This document shows, piece by piece, positions 9,567 through 22,010 of a stretch of DNA of 64,000 nucleotides. The notes beneath the pieces are model-generated. The model saw only the letters and a list, made by a program, of their open reading frames with translations. It did not search any database and was not told where the DNA came from. Each line of letters opens with the position of its first letter. Within the stretch, counting starts at the first letter, position 1. The DNA comes from Planctomycetota bacterium (GTDB lineage: Bacteria > Planctomycetota > GCA-002687715 > DRQF01). The stretch covers positions 1-64,000 of the forward strand of contig JAZGFI010000288.1 in the NCBI GenBank assembly GCA_036479435.1. The letters are read 5' to 3'. The position numbers were made by a program, and so were the translations under genes.

Positions 9567-11441
9567 ATGCTGGAATGTCAAACGGTGGACCGGACTCTCA
9601 TCTTACCTCTCGCGATTCTCGATCCCGCCACTTCTGAGGCGGAGTCCTACCTGAGTCGGCAGATCCCCATCTTGTTGCGAAACCAGTTTAATCGACTGGC
9701 TCCGGACGAGTTTTTGGCGTCGCCCCTGGCGATGGATGCCGACCAAGGACGCGCTTGGGTGATGACATCTGAGTGTATGCGGGACGAAACCGCATTGACA
9801 TTGGCCCGTCGCCAAAAAGCCAACCATGTCGTCTTCGGCGCGCTAGGGGGGCCGCCGAGAGGGGGTCGCCATGGCGGCGCTTCGGCACCTCGGGTTCTTT
9901 TCCTGCGCGGTCTCGACGTCGAGAGTGGCCGAGCCACTTTCGAGCGCACCTTCTCGGGGGATCTGCTGCGTGTGCTGCGTTGCGCGCTTAAGGTCCTGGT
10001 TCAGTCCAGCCCGTCGCGTTTCGAATCTGTCGCCGACCGTTTTCGGCCCGGAACTCACAACGTGGAGGCCTTCGAGCAGTTTCTCCTTGGCCTCGATGTG
10101 CTGCTGGCCATCCGCACTCAAGGGATCGAACTGCCCGATCTCCAAGCTCTGTTCGATCCCTTCCATCGCGCCCTCAATCTCGATCCCTGCTACGCAGATG
10201 CCCTCACGGGGGGACTTACTTGCGCGATGCTCTTTGTGAAAACGGAGGGTCGCGAGTTGTCACTCGACCCCGCGTTGGCAGCGCTCACTGTCTGGGCCGA
10301 GGATCATCCCGAGGACCACCGAGTACCTGCAGTCCATAGCGAACTGTTGGTTAGGCGCGGCCGGCATGTGGAGGCCTATGACTTAGTACGCCGCGCGCTT
10401 GATACACAATTCAGCTGGGACATTGACCTTATGAAGCGCCGTGGTGAACTCGAACTTCGACTGGGCCGCAATGAAGAAGCGCTGGTGAGTCTCGAAGCCT
10501 GCCTTGAAAAAAGCGATGACCCGGAGATCCGAGTCAAATGCGCCGCCGCAGCTAGTGCGGCGGGAATGGTCGAACGTTCACGCGAGCACCTTTTGTGGTT
10601 GCTGGACAGTGAAACCCAAGACGCCGGGCTATGGTGTCGACTTGCCTTGCTGGAGAAACGCTCGAAGGACCTACCGGCAATGTGGCGCGCTTTCGCCCGC
10701 ATGTTCGATTCGCATACCGCACCAACCTGTGGCGAACTTACCAAGCTCACCGTTACTCTCGCAGAAGCACCTCCGCCGCCGGAATTCGTGGCATCCCTAA
10801 GGCGATGGTATCCGCCGCACGACTTTGACTCCGCACAACGCCTGTTCTTTGCGCGCGCCCTACGCATGGGGGGAGCGGTCATGGAATCGCGGCTATGCCT
10901 CCAGACCTCGAAGCTCGCAGATCTGAAAGATGACGAGGCCTTGATGTGGCGACGGGAGCGTTTGAATCTAGACCTGGCTGGTTTCGATGCGCGATTCGAA
11001 GAACTCGCCCTGGCCTTGTCGAACGCTGGCGACCCTCGCCCGCAGGACGGCGCTTTTCTTCAGGATGCTCTGAAGCTTGAAGAGGAGTTTTGGCCGGCTC
11101 GTTTTCTGCTCGCGCTTTGGCACGCGCGGCAGGGGGGCTGCGCGCTCGCGATTCGCGAGCTGGATAGGGTTATCAAGCAACGACCCACCAGCGATCTCGC
11201 CTGGTACACGCGCGGTATCCAGTGTTTGAAGCTCGACCGCATCCAGCAAGCCCGTGCGAGCCTTGAGCGCGCGATCTTGCTCAACGCCGAAGAGGCCGAG
11301 TATCACTGCCATCTCGCCCTCTGCCTGCTGCGTCTGGAAGGCCAGGCTCCGGCCCTGAGAGCACTTGCTAGGGCCCGACAGCTGCGCCCAGAGCACCCAG
11401 ATAACGAGAGGGTGCAGTCGCAGATCGAGGCCATGGGCTGA
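9567..11441 (+). CDS. TPR protein with an N-terminal TolB-like alpha/beta domain
   Basis: [13 protein letters not shown]...[11 protein letters not shown] pattern then TPRs (AWYTRG..., [24 protein letters not shown]); 19 nt upstream of hscC. Confidence 0.7.
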   Translation: MLECQTVDRTLILPLAILDPATSEAESYLSRQIPILLRNQFNRLAPDEFLASPLAMDADQGRAWVMTSECMRDETALTLARRQKANHVVFGALGGPPRGGRHGGASAPRVLFLRGLDVESGRATFERTFSGDLLRVLRCALKVLVQSSPSRFESVADRFRPGTHNVEAFEQFLLGLDVLLAIRTQGIELPDLQALFDPFHRALNLDPCYADALTGGLTCAMLFVKTEGRELSLDPALAALTVWAEDHPEDHRVPAVHSELLVRRGRHVEAYDLVRRALDTQFSWDIDLMKRRGELELRLGRNEEALVSLEACLEKSDDPEIRVKCAAAASAAGMVERSREHLLWLLDSETQDAGLWCRLALLEKRSKDLPAMWRAFARMFDSHTAPTCGELTKLTVTLAEAPPPPEFVASLRRWYPPHDFDSAQRLFFARALRMGGAVMESRLCLQTSKLADLKDDEALMWRRERLNLDLAGFDARFEELALALSNAGDPRPQDGAFLQDALKLEEEFWPARFLLALWHARQGGCALAIRELDRVIKQRPTSDLAWYTRGIQCLKLDRIQQARASLERAILLNAEEAEYHCHLALCLLRLEGQAPALRALARARQLRPEHPDNERVQSQIEAMG

Positions 11442-11460
11442 GTTGTTAGACTCGTCCCCC

Positions 11461-13209
11461 ATGGAAACCGATTCGAACTCAAATCCAGCCACCTTCATCT
11501 TGGGCATCGACCTCGGCACTACGAATAGTGCAGTAGCGGTGTTCCGCGAAGGTGAAGTGGCCGTCATGTCCAACGCTTTGGGTGAGAGCCTTACGCCCTC
11601 GGTGGTGGCACGTGACCCCGAAGACGGCAGGGTGATCGTCGGGCAGACCGCCAAAGAAATTTCGCTCTCGCACCCCGATTGTGCGGCCTCGGTCTTCAAG
11701 CGAGACATGGCATCAGAACGCGAGTACGCTTTGGCGGGGGCTTTTTTCACGCCAATCGAGTTGTCGGCATTCGTTCTGAAATCTCTGAAATCTGACGCCT
11801 TGAGAGTTCTCGGACAAGAGGTCTGCAAAGCGGTCATCACCGTTCCCGCATACTTCGCCGAGGAACAGCGCCAAGCGACCAAGCGCGCCGGGGAGTTGGC
11901 GGGCTTGGAGGTCGTTCGGATCTTGAACGAACCGACCGCGGCCGCGATGGCCTACGGACTGCACCGTCGCGATCGGGACGGAAGCTTCTTGGTTTTTGAC
12001 CTCGGCGGAGGAACTTTCGATGTCAGCATCATGGAGCTCTTTGAGGGCTCACTCGAAGTCCTGAGTACCGCGGGCGAAAGCCGCTTGGGAGGAGAAGACT
12101 TCACGCGTCGGCTGATTTCTTACGGGATGAAACAAGCCGGCGTCGATCCCTCCTCAGAGTGGAGCGACCCCGTTGCCTTCGCCCGCCTCTATCGTCGCGC
12201 CGAATTGGCAAAACGTGCTCTCAGCGAGCACGACACCGCGACCTTGGAAGTTCCACCCTTCGGGGGGGATGGATTGGCAACAACGATCGTTTTGGATCGC
12301 GAAGTGTGCCGTCCGCTCTGGCAAGAACTCTTGGATCGCATTGCAAAGCCCTGCCGGACCGCGGTTCGAGGCGCCGATCTTGAAATCGAAGACCTCGACG
12401 AAGTTGTGCTCGTCGGCGGTGCTACCAGAATGCCGGTTATCCGCGAACTCGTGGCGAAGTTGTTTGATGTGCACTTGCGAGTCGAGGTCGACCCCGACCT
12501 CGCCATTACGGAGGGCGCGGCGCTACAGGCCGCCCTCTATGCCAACGACCAAGCGGTCAGCGACGTTGTCGTAACGGATGTGCTTTCTCACAGTTTGGGT
12601 GTCGATGTCAGCTACGAGATCGCGGGCAAGTTGATCAACGGGAATTTCAGCCCGGTCATTCACCGCAACACAACGATTCCGACCTCGCGCACCGAGACCT
12701 ACTACACGATCTTTGATCAGCAGACTGAGATCAACTTCGGCATTTACGAGGGTGAAGCGCGCAAGGTCAAGAACTGCCGAAAAGTCGGCTTGCTCAAAGT
12801 CAAGGGAGTCCCCAAGAACGCCGCCGGGAAAGAGGGCGTCGAAGTGCGCTTCACTTACGATCTTGGCGGCATGCTCGAAGTTGAAGCAAAAGTGCTTTCG
12901 AGCGGCAAAATCATCAACAAGGTTTTCGAGCGCAGCCTCAAACCGCTCAGCGACAAAGAGCGCAGCAAGGCCATGGCGCGTTTGAAACAGCTCAAAGTAG
13001 ATCCCTCAGAGAAAGCGTTGAATCGTGATCTGTTGGCGCGTGCCGATGGCCTGTTGGAAGAAGTGGGGCCCGAAGCCCGCGACCAATTGGAGTACTACAT
13101 CCGCGGCTTTGAGGAAGCTCTCGAAACGCGGACACCTAGGCCTATCAAAGAGACGAGGCGCCAACTTCGCGAAGTCTGTGATCGGATAGACGAAGGCAAT
13201 CGCTGGTAG
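11461..13209 (+). CDS. hscC: Hsp70 chaperone, HscC (Hsc62) subfamily
   Basis: [53 protein letters not shown]; short HscC-type C-terminus ([20 protein letters not shown]...NR-LLAR); followed by a J protein. Confidence 0.8.
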   Translation: METDSNSNPATFILGIDLGTTNSAVAVFREGEVAVMSNALGESLTPSVVARDPEDGRVIVGQTAKEISLSHPDCAASVFKRDMASEREYALAGAFFTPIELSAFVLKSLKSDALRVLGQEVCKAVITVPAYFAEEQRQATKRAGELAGLEVVRILNEPTAAAMAYGLHRRDRDGSFLVFDLGGGTFDVSIMELFEGSLEVLSTAGESRLGGEDFTRRLISYGMKQAGVDPSSEWSDPVAFARLYRRAELAKRALSEHDTATLEVPPFGGDGLATTIVLDREVCRPLWQELLDRIAKPCRTAVRGADLEIEDLDEVVLVGGATRMPVIRELVAKLFDVHLRVEVDPDLAITEGAALQAALYANDQAVSDVVVTDVLSHSLGVDVSYEIAGKLINGNFSPVIHRNTTIPTSRTETYYTIFDQQTEINFGIYEGEARKVKNCRKVGLLKVKGVPKNAAGKEGVEVRFTYDLGGMLEVEAKVLSSGKIINKVFERSLKPLSDKERSKAMARLKQLKVDPSEKALNRDLLARADGLLEEVGPEARDQLEYYIRGFEEALETRTPRPIKETRRQLREVCDRIDEGNRW

Positions 13210-13216
13210 TTCGCGA

Positions 13217-14938
13217 GTGGCGGAACTTCCCGATAGCAACGACCCCTTCGAAGTGCTCGGCGTCGAGCCCGGAGCCGATCGAAAGACGATCAAGCGCGCC
13301 TACATTGCGCTCGTCAAGCGCTTCAAGCCCGAGCACTTTCCCGACGAGTTTCAACGCATTCGAGCGGCCTACGAGACGCTTCGAGAGAGTGCGGCGCAGA
13401 CGGCATCCCTGCCCTTTCTCGACGAGGCTTGGCAAGAGTCCGAAGCTTCCCAAGAAAGCGAGGGTGTCGATCCCGACTGCCTTGAGCCGCCATCTCAAGA
13501 ACCGGTGGAACCCATTTCCCCAAACGACGCGAGGGATCAAGAGGAAGAAGTCGCGGCAGACTTTGAAGTCGAGGTGGAGTTTCGCGAAGTCTACGATTCG
13601 GAGGAGCGCGCCGAGCCGGGCGAGGATTCTGATGAGCCCAGCGAACTATGGAGCCTGGTGCTCGAAGATCAATTTGAGGAGGCCCTCATCGGCTACGAAA
13701 GCGCGTTGGCGGCAAGGCCCGACGAGACGCGGCTTTACTTCGAGCGATACGCTCTTGATGCACGGCGGGGGGAGAGTCGCGAGGTTGCGCAGGCTTGGTT
13801 GATTCTCGCGTTCAAGAACAAGCTCGATATCTGCGCCTTTCTGCGCAACGTGGTCCCGCCGGGCGAGCGCCCGGGAATCGCCGTTCGTGATGATTGGGGA
13901 GCCGAAGATCTCATCGACCACCCGGATTCATTTGGTGCTTCTTGGATTTGGCGGCTTCGAATCGAGAGTTTCTTGTGCCTGGGAAAAATCGAACGGGTGG
14001 CGCGTGAGCTTGGCACGGCGCGTTATCAAAGTCTCGCCGCCAACGACGATTTCTACCTGGGGATAGCTCAGCGAGCTGCGGCGGTGGGGGCTTGGTACGG
14101 ACCTGACGCGGCGGCGCCGATCGAGGAATGGGCTCTCGAGGAAGCTAGTGGCTATCCCGAGCTTTTGTTCGAGACCAAAGCCGTGCGTGGCGATGCCTGG
14201 CGAGAGCATCCAATGCCCGACCGGCTCTTTCGTTGGTTCGGAGTTGCCGACACGATCTATTGGGACTCAAGTGTGCTGATGGCCGACGCTGTGTTTGCCG
14301 ATGTCGAAGACCGGCCCTTCGAGTATCACGAAGTTCTACTGAAGATGGCGGAAGAGCCCGAGAAGCACTCTTTTTTGAAAGATGTGAACGACACGCTGGA
14401 GTACCTCGTCGAAGTTGAGGACGACGAAGGAGGTTTCTTTTTGGATTTCGACACGGGCGTCGAGCCTCCAAGTCTTGAAGTCATGGAAGATGCCTTGGGT
14501 GGAATACCCAGGCCCAAGTCGCGGATTCGGGTGCTGGTCAGCACTATCAATAGCTCCGGGATGTGGTTGTATTTTGCCATGATTCCTTTACTCATCGGCG
14601 CGGTCTTTACCGAGCCGTACTGGGCCCTAAGTGACCCCAGTGTGCGGTTTATTCTGATCATTGCCATCGGCATTGCGATCTTCAGAATGCCCGCGGCCTA
14701 CAGGAAGTACGGCAAGCATGACGCGCAGCGCTTGGACTTGTCGACCGTGACCCTTGAATACTACCGGCGGCTACTTAACGTCGGGGCAAAACCCAGTCAG
14801 GCGCGCGAGTTCCTGGCGGACCGATGCGTGGCACTCCGATTCGACGCGAGCCAACTGCCTCGGATTCGCCGATCCCAAGCGCTACGCTTTTTGACCCTGC
14901 TCTATCGCGTGCAGAAAAGGGTCCCCGATGATCAATGA
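13217..14938 (+). CDS. J-domain co-chaperone (DjlB/DjlC-like) with acidic linker and two C-terminal TM helices
   Basis: DPFEVLGVEPGADRKTIKRAYIALVKRFKPEHFPDEFQRIRAAYETL (HPD replaced by KPE); hydrophobic segments MWLYFAMIPLLIGAVF and FILIIAIGIAIF. Confidence 0.8.
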   Translation: MAELPDSNDPFEVLGVEPGADRKTIKRAYIALVKRFKPEHFPDEFQRIRAAYETLRESAAQTASLPFLDEAWQESEASQESEGVDPDCLEPPSQEPVEPISPNDARDQEEEVAADFEVEVEFREVYDSEERAEPGEDSDEPSELWSLVLEDQFEEALIGYESALAARPDETRLYFERYALDARRGESREVAQAWLILAFKNKLDICAFLRNVVPPGERPGIAVRDDWGAEDLIDHPDSFGASWIWRLRIESFLCLGKIERVARELGTARYQSLAANDDFYLGIAQRAAAVGAWYGPDAAAPIEEWALEEASGYPELLFETKAVRGDAWREHPMPDRLFRWFGVADTIYWDSSVLMADAVFADVEDRPFEYHEVLLKMAEEPEKHSFLKDVNDTLEYLVEVEDDEGGFFLDFDTGVEPPSLEVMEDALGGIPRPKSRIRVLVSTINSSGMWLYFAMIPLLIGAVFTEPYWALSDPSVRFILIIAIGIAIFRMPAAYRKYGKHDAQRLDLSTVTLEYYRRLLNVGAKPSQAREFLADRCVALRFDASQLPRIRRSQALRFLTLLYRVQKRVPDDQ

Positions 14939-15356
14939 GCTTCGAAGTGCCCTGGGCTGGATTGCGATCTCAATGAGTCTCTTCGGTATTTCCTGCGCCG
15001 GGGTAGAACCCGGCAAAACCGGGGAGCCCATGGTCGGCTCCAATCTCGAGACGATCGCTCCGATCGAAGTCGTGGGCCCACGGCGGCGCGTGGCCGTATA
15101 CGTTCGTCCGGATAGTCAACAAACCGTGGTTCAAATTGGTTCCACGACGGTGATCTTTCGCGACCACGCCGGATACCATGGCCGCATCACGCCCTCGGCG
15201 GGATGGCTGCGAATCGGCGATCTCAACCTCAATTATCGCCAAAAGAAGCTTCAGATTCGCAGTCGGCGAGGCTGGGCTAACTTTGATCTCGGTGAGGGGC
15301 TAGCGCTCTACGCAGGGCAGGACGGACAGATCGGTCGAAGCATTTTTCGCCCCTAG
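14928..15356 (+). CDS. Small hypothetical lipoprotein
   Basis: Hydrophobic N-terminus ending GISC; overlaps the J-protein stop by 11 nt. Confidence 0.55.
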   Translation: MINELRSALGWIAISMSLFGISCAGVEPGKTGEPMVGSNLETIAPIEVVGPRRRVAVYVRPDSQQTVVQIGSTTVIFRDHAGYHGRITPSAGWLRIGDLNLNYRQKKLQIRSRRGWANFDLGEGLALYAGQDGQIGRSIFRP

Positions 15357-15423
15357 GCCGCAGCGGCTGGAAAGAAGGGGGTCGGGCACCTATCCTGCAA
15401 GTCTAACAACAGGGAGCCCCGAC

Positions 15424-17184
<1,761 letters not shown>

Positions 17185-17193
17185 TGTCAGTTG

Positions 17194-17262
17194 GGTGCCA
17201 GGCACCACGCCGTCACTTTTCCGTGCCTGGCACCGCAGAGTGACGGCGTGGTGCCTGGCACC
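17194..17262. repeat. REP-like cluster: three GTGCC(A/T)GGCAC palindromes inside a perfect 24-bp inverted repeat
   Basis: 17194-17217 ggtgccaggcaccacgccgtcact is the reverse complement of 17239-17262; a third gtgcctggcac copy lies in the loop; between convergent genes. Confidence 0.9.
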
Positions 17263-17281
17263 GAATGTGATTTTTGTGATT

Positions 17282-17737
17282 TTAGTGCAGCCAGGGTTCG
17301 TAGCGGCGGGAGGGGTTTGACACCACCAAGGTACCCGCTTCGATCGGGCGCAGCCTCGGGTCGAGTTCGTAGGCGGCTTCGATATCGTCGTCGCCTTCGC
17401 CTTCATCCCCGACCTCATTCAACAGCAGGCCTCGTACCCACAATGCCAAGGCGAATTCAGGATCGTACTCGATAGCGAGGTCGTAGGCCTCAAGGGCCTG
17501 CTCCAGTTCACCCATTTCTTCGAGCGCGGAACCAATGCCGTACTGGGCTCCGGCGTATTTTGGGCGCATCAAAAGCGCCTGGCGGAAGCTCGCCAGGGCG
17601 TCGTCCGGTTTGTCGTCGCGGATGGAGTCGAAGCCCTTGCGACAAAGAACCTGGGCTCCCCCACGCTCGAAGGCAACCTCGTCGTTGCCGCAACTCAAAG
17701 CGCTCGCAAGAACGAAAAACAACAGGAACGCGCGCAT
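17282..17737 (-). CDS. TPR lipoprotein
   Basis: Signal ending ALSC; TPRs (FRQALLMRPKYAGAQYGIG, YDLAIEYDPEFALALWVRG). Confidence 0.8.
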   Translation of the reverse strand: MRAFLLFFVLASALSCGNDEVAFERGGAQVLCRKGFDSIRDDKPDDALASFRQALLMRPKYAGAQYGIGSALEEMGELEQALEAYDLAIEYDPEFALALWVRGLLLNEVGDEGEGDDDIEAAYELDPRLRPIEAGTLVVSNPSRRYEPWLH

Positions 17738-17857
17738 GGATGAACTCCGCTTGGCCCTCAGTGCCCTCTTGATGGCAGCGGTGGGCGAATACTCTCAACC
17801 GGAGTATCGGCGGGTTGTCAGGCCGAACTTGAATTCGGGGTCCGAAGTCGACCGGGG

Positions 17858-18205
17858 TCATTGCGGGTTGGTTTCGAGCTCGATGTCAACGGCTCCGTCG
17901 CCACCGGCGTCCATCCGAGCCGACTTGTAGTCCAAGACGATGCCATCGCGCTGAAGGCCTGCGAGGAGGCCCAGTACGGTGGGACGAACCACGGGGCCGC
18001 GTGCAGAGTTGCGGCCGCGGCCGGTAATGATGCGGACCCTAGCCCAGCCGCGGCGGCGGGCGTCTTCAAGAAAGTCGCGCGCCAAGCGCCGAATATCCGT
18101 CGGGCTCAACACGCCTCGATCGTGAAAATCAAAACTCGCCTTCGGTTCGTTCAAGTGCGCGTAGCGATTTTCGGCGCGTGGCCGGTCTTTTTTCTTCTTG
18201 GCCAT
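17858..18205 (-). CDS. Stand-alone Smr/MutS2-family domain protein
   Basis: DFHDRG (DLHG-like), VRIITGRGRNS, GGDGA. Confidence 0.85.
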   Translation of the reverse strand: MAKKKKDRPRAENRYAHLNEPKASFDFHDRGVLSPTDIRRLARDFLEDARRRGWARVRIITGRGRNSARGPVVRPTVLGLLAGLQRDGIVLDYKSARMDAGGDGAVDIELETNPQ

Positions 18206-18217
18206 CGCCGCTGCGCC

Positions 18218-19867
18218 TTAGGTTTCTGAATTCGGATCTAAGAGCCGCTCGATCCCATCGCGTTGCTGGGGTGACAGGGTTTCGAGTTCGAGGCGGCTCG
18301 CGAGGATCTGGGCTTCGCGCCTTTCGGCGGGACCTTTGCCCGTCAAGTGATGTACCAAGGCGAAGCGACTTTGCGAACTGAGTGCTCCGGAAGACTCGAG
18401 ATGGCTCGCGAGTGTGTAGCCTGTCGTGCGGGCTAGGGGCGCTAGGATGTCGATGCACCTTCGAAAGTGCGAATTCTCAAGCGCGAAGTTGGATTCCGCC
18501 GCGGCAAGATTGGCCAAGGCCAGATTGAGACGGTTCTCATGATCTGACAAGCGAAGCCGAACCAAGGGCTGAAGCAGCGCAATGACGAAACTGAAGTTCC
18601 TCTCCCTCAAATACTGGATGGCAAGGGCGCTCAGGCTTTCGTTGAGTTGCTCCGGATCGTGGCGCGCGAGAAAAACTAGCGGGGGTGATTCCCCCCGGTC
18701 TGGTTCCTTAGCTTGCGATTCGACATAGGCTCCTAACACGGCCTCAAAACGTGCAGCGGTCAAGGTGTCGCGACTGAGATTCGCGAGTTCGGCGATTTCG
18801 GAAGGGAGATAGCGCGACCGCCTTTGACCCATCGCTTCCATCAAGATGTCGGCTCCCTCAGGGAGATCGCTAAGGCGCCAAATCGAAAGCTGGCGTAGGC
18901 GCGAGTGCCTTGAGTAGAGATGCTCTTCGAGGTCAGGGATGGCGCCGGCACCGAGCTGTTGTGCCAAGGCCCCGAGTGCAAACTCAGCGACTAAAAAGTG
19001 CTCGGACTTCAGAAGCTCGCGCAGGCAATCGGCGTCGAGCCCGGTATTATCGTGTGCGGCAAGTGCGCTCAGCGAGGGCCGGATGATGCTGTCCACTCCT
19101 GATTCTTGCAGATAGGGCAAGACTTGCTCGCGAAGCCTTGAGACTTCTTCTCGGCTCAGTGACAGGAAGCAAAGCGCCTTAAGCGCGTGTTTGCGAACGC
19201 CCGCAGCTTGCTCGGGAGTCGTGAAGAACAGCGCGCCCTCCAAAGTGCTGGCCGAAGGCACACACTCTAGTAGTCGCAGCGAAGTGATGACAACGTGCTC
19301 ACAGGCCTCCGATCCGAGCGTTCGCTGCCTTGTGAGTTCGGCCCCAACGCGTTCGCAGGCGTAGTTTCTGAGTTCTTCGGGCATCTTTGGGAGATTCTCA
19401 AGCAGGCAGACACTCATGGCCCGGGCCTGTTCCCAAGTGCAGTCAGCGAGTCGGTCGAACAACATCGCCAAGGATTCATGGTGAGGGATGCCAGCCAGCG
19501 CTTTGATGTAGCCGCCGGAGCGCCAGCCCTTTTCGTCTCGGTGCCGGTCGCGAATCGCGGGCAATGCGTCGAGCGCGAATTCACGCAACACGTTGACCAC
19601 TTGCTCGGCCAAAGAACCGGGTTCTTCAAGGAAACCCAAAATCGACGGCAAGATGGACGGATCGTTGCTGGCTCCCAAGGCGTCGATGAAGTAGCTCGCC
19701 TCAGAGCGCGCCGCAGAGCTGAGGTGAACTTGCAGGGCGTCAAGAGTTGCCGGCGATACGGGGCGCAGACGGCCCAAGACCAAAGCTGCAGCGGAGCGTA
19801 GCTCGTGGTCGCCAGAATTGAGCAGCCTCAGGATCTGCTTCAAGTTGGAATCAGCTTCGAGAGTCAC
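18218..19867 (-). CDS. HEAT-repeat protein
   Basis: LLNSGDHELRSAAALVLGRL and further Leu/Ala-rich helical repeats; overlaps the trmJ stop by 4 nt. Confidence 0.65.
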   Translation of the reverse strand: MTLEADSNLKQILRLLNSGDHELRSAAALVLGRLRPVSPATLDALQVHLSSAARSEASYFIDALGASNDPSILPSILGFLEEPGSLAEQVVNVLREFALDALPAIRDRHRDEKGWRSGGYIKALAGIPHHESLAMLFDRLADCTWEQARAMSVCLLENLPKMPEELRNYACERVGAELTRQRTLGSEACEHVVITSLRLLECVPSASTLEGALFFTTPEQAAGVRKHALKALCFLSLSREEVSRLREQVLPYLQESGVDSIIRPSLSALAAHDNTGLDADCLRELLKSEHFLVAEFALGALAQQLGAGAIPDLEEHLYSRHSRLRQLSIWRLSDLPEGADILMEAMGQRRSRYLPSEIAELANLSRDTLTAARFEAVLGAYVESQAKEPDRGESPPLVFLARHDPEQLNESLSALAIQYLRERNFSFVIALLQPLVRLRLSDHENRLNLALANLAAAESNFALENSHFRRCIDILAPLARTTGYTLASHLESSGALSSQSRFALVHHLTGKGPAERREAQILASRLELETLSPQQRDGIERLLDPNSET

Positions 19868-20661
19868 GAAGGGCCTTCTTCGTCCGGCGTCGATGCCGCC
19901 TCGTCGCGAGGCCTTGGGAGTAGGGCGCGGCCATCGATGAGCTTTTGGATGCGCCGTACCAAGCCGAAGATGTGCCTCGTGTCGCGAGTTTGAATGGGTG
20001 CCGTCCTCAGTAGCCGCGCCATGGAGCCCTCGATGGCCTGGCGGCTGCCATCATGGAGATAGCCGGTGTTCTCGCAGCAGGCAATCAACTCGCCGTAAAG
20101 TCGCTGTAGGGTTTCATCGTCCGCGACGGAGCCGAGGGCCGTCGAGGCCGATACGCTAAGTTCAGGGGCGGCTTGAAAAAGTTCGTAGGCCACGACCATC
20201 ACCGCCTGGGAGAGATTCAAGGAAGTGCGGTGGGCGCTGGTCTCGGCGGAGATCACCATTTGGCAACGAGTGAGTTCTTCGGCGAACAAGCCAAAGTCCT
20301 CGCGTCCGAAAAGCAGGGCGACTTTCCCGCGCCCCGCCTCCTGAAGAATGCGCGGTGCCGCGGCCCGTGGCGTCGCCGTTGGCCGCCGATGTCGCTCTCG
20401 CGCCGTGGTGCCGACGAGAAAACTGCAGTCGCTCACTGCATCGTCAAAAGTCGAAACGACTGTCGCTGATTCGAGGACGTCGTGGGCCCCGACCCCCATT
20501 TCGCGGCATTCGTCATGCTCCAGCCAGGACTTTCCCAGCAAACGCAGGTCGCGTAGGCCGAAATTTTTCATCGCTCGGGCCGTCGACCCGACGTTACGCG
20601 GGCCCTTTGGCTCGACGAGAACCACGCGGATGCGATCGAAAACCGAATTCTCTGAGCTCAC
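19864..20661 (-). CDS. trmJ: SPOUT tRNA 2'-O-methyltransferase, TrmJ/LasT family
   Basis: IRVVLVEP-GPRNVGSTARAMKNFG, GTTAR, LLFGRED-GL, SLNLSQAV--VAYE. Confidence 0.88.
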   Translation of the reverse strand: MSSENSVFDRIRVVLVEPKGPRNVGSTARAMKNFGLRDLRLLGKSWLEHDECREMGVGAHDVLESATVVSTFDDAVSDCSFLVGTTARERHRRPTATPRAAAPRILQEAGRGKVALLFGREDFGLFAEELTRCQMVISAETSAHRTSLNLSQAVMVVAYELFQAAPELSVSASTALGSVADDETLQRLYGELIACCENTGYLHDGSRQAIEGSMARLLRTAPIQTRDTRHIFGLVRRIQKLIDGRALLPRPRDEAASTPDEEGPS

Positions 20662-20825
20662 GAAGGCATTCCTCGAAACATCAACCCTTGAGCGTGCGAT
20701 TTGGCTCGCTCCCTTACAATAGCCGATCCGAATCCAAGCGACGATGGACTCTGCGGAGTGAAAAACCGATAATCGAAGGCGAGTGGACTCGGTGCCATGA
20801 TGGGCGCCCCTAGAAAGGTAACTGC

Positions 20826-22010
20826 ATGTTTCGAATTCTAACGACTTCGGTCCTGATCGCGCTTACAACTCTCAGCCTCGGTGCCCAGCGTCGCGGCCCA
20901 AGCGCCGAACCATCGCGGGCAGGGAAAGGCTCCAAGATCTTCATCGTCCGTCCGAGCGCAGCTTTTGAGGGGCGCATCATCAAGCGTCTCAAGTCGAAGA
21001 TCATTGTCGAGACGGCCTTGGGGCGACGCGAGATCGAGAGGGGCGCCCTGATCGAAGACAAGGATGCCGCAGCACTATTGGATCGCTATGCGAAGCGCCT
21101 TCAAAAACTCGACCGGCGCGATCTTAAGGCACGCAGGGTCTTGGCACTTTGGTGCGAACGCGTCGGATTGACTTCTGGTCTCGCCGAACAACTCGAGGCC
21201 ATCTTGAAACGGGCGCCGAACGACGCCAAGGCGTGGTCAACTCTAAAGCGCTTGTCCCCGGCATTTCGACCGGCAGCGCGCAATGTAGTGCCAGCGGAGA
21301 AGAACCGCTGGTCGCGCAAGGAGGTCGATCTACTGATGGCAGGGCTTCGGCGCACGTCGCGCGTTCGCGCCGCCATCCTCTGCGAGCGCCTGCGCGGTCT
21401 TCCCGAAGAAGTCATTACCAATCCTTTGCTTAAGGCCGCGGCAAAAGGCTCTCGGAACGAGCGCCTCGTCGCCTCGCGCCTGCTCGGAAACCTCAAGACG
21501 ACACGGCGCGTCAAGCCTCTTTATCGCCGAGCGCTTGCGGACCCCGTGTGGTCGGTTCGCGAAGCAGCCGTGCAGTCGCTGAAGAGGCGTGATGATGGCA
21601 GCACTATTGGCCCGTTCTTAAAGGTGTTGTTGCAAGCGCCGCGGGCTCAGCACCGACTTTATGCGGCCGAAGCTTTGGGACAGCTGGGTGACCGGCGTGC
21701 GGTACCGGCCCTTCTTCGCGCTCTGCGCGCGGCGGGCGACAACCCCGTAGCTCGTTCCAACTTGACGTTCACCCGCCAGATCGCGTACATCAAGGACTTT
21801 GATGTCGAAGTGGCTCAAGGGGCGGTGATTGCGGATCCCATCGTCGGCATCGTGCAAGAGGGAGTCGTTCTCGACGTGGCCCTCGTCGCGATCACGGTCC
21901 AACGGCGTACGATCGGCGCCGCCTTAGGCCGGCTCACTGGCCAAAATTTCGGCGGTGACCACCGCAAGTGGTCTGCCTGGTGGGCTAAGAACAAAGCCAC
22001 CTTCGCTTGA
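20826..22010 (+). CDS. Exported HEAT-repeat protein
   Basis: Signal peptide; DPVWSVREAAVQSL, AAEALGQLGDRRAVPALLRAL; C-terminal LGRLTGQNFGGD---W--WW. Confidence 0.75.
   Translation: MFRILTTSVLIALTTLSLGAQRRGPSAEPSRAGKGSKIFIVRPSAAFEGRIIKRLKSKIIVETALGRREIERGALIEDKDAAALLDRYAKRLQKLDRRDLKARRVLALWCERVGLTSGLAEQLEAILKRAPNDAKAWSTLKRLSPAFRPAARNVVPAEKNRWSRKEVDLLMAGLRRTSRVRAAILCERLRGLPEEVITNPLLKAAAKGSRNERLVASRLLGNLKTTRRVKPLYRRALADPVWSVREAAVQSLKRRDDGSTIGPFLKVLLQAPRAQHRLYAAEALGQLGDRRAVPALLRALRAAGDNPVARSNLTFTRQIAYIKDFDVEVAQGAVIADPIVGIVQEGVVLDVALVAITVQRRTIGAALGRLTGQNFGGDHRKWSAWWAKNKATFA

Noticed and set aside
10968..11882. 304-aa minus-strand ORF
   Set aside because: Antisense shadow of the TPR and hscC genes, no motifs
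17194..17262. Possible mini CRISPR array
   Set aside because: Units are only 11-13 bp, spacers are short and complementary to each other, and no cas genes are present
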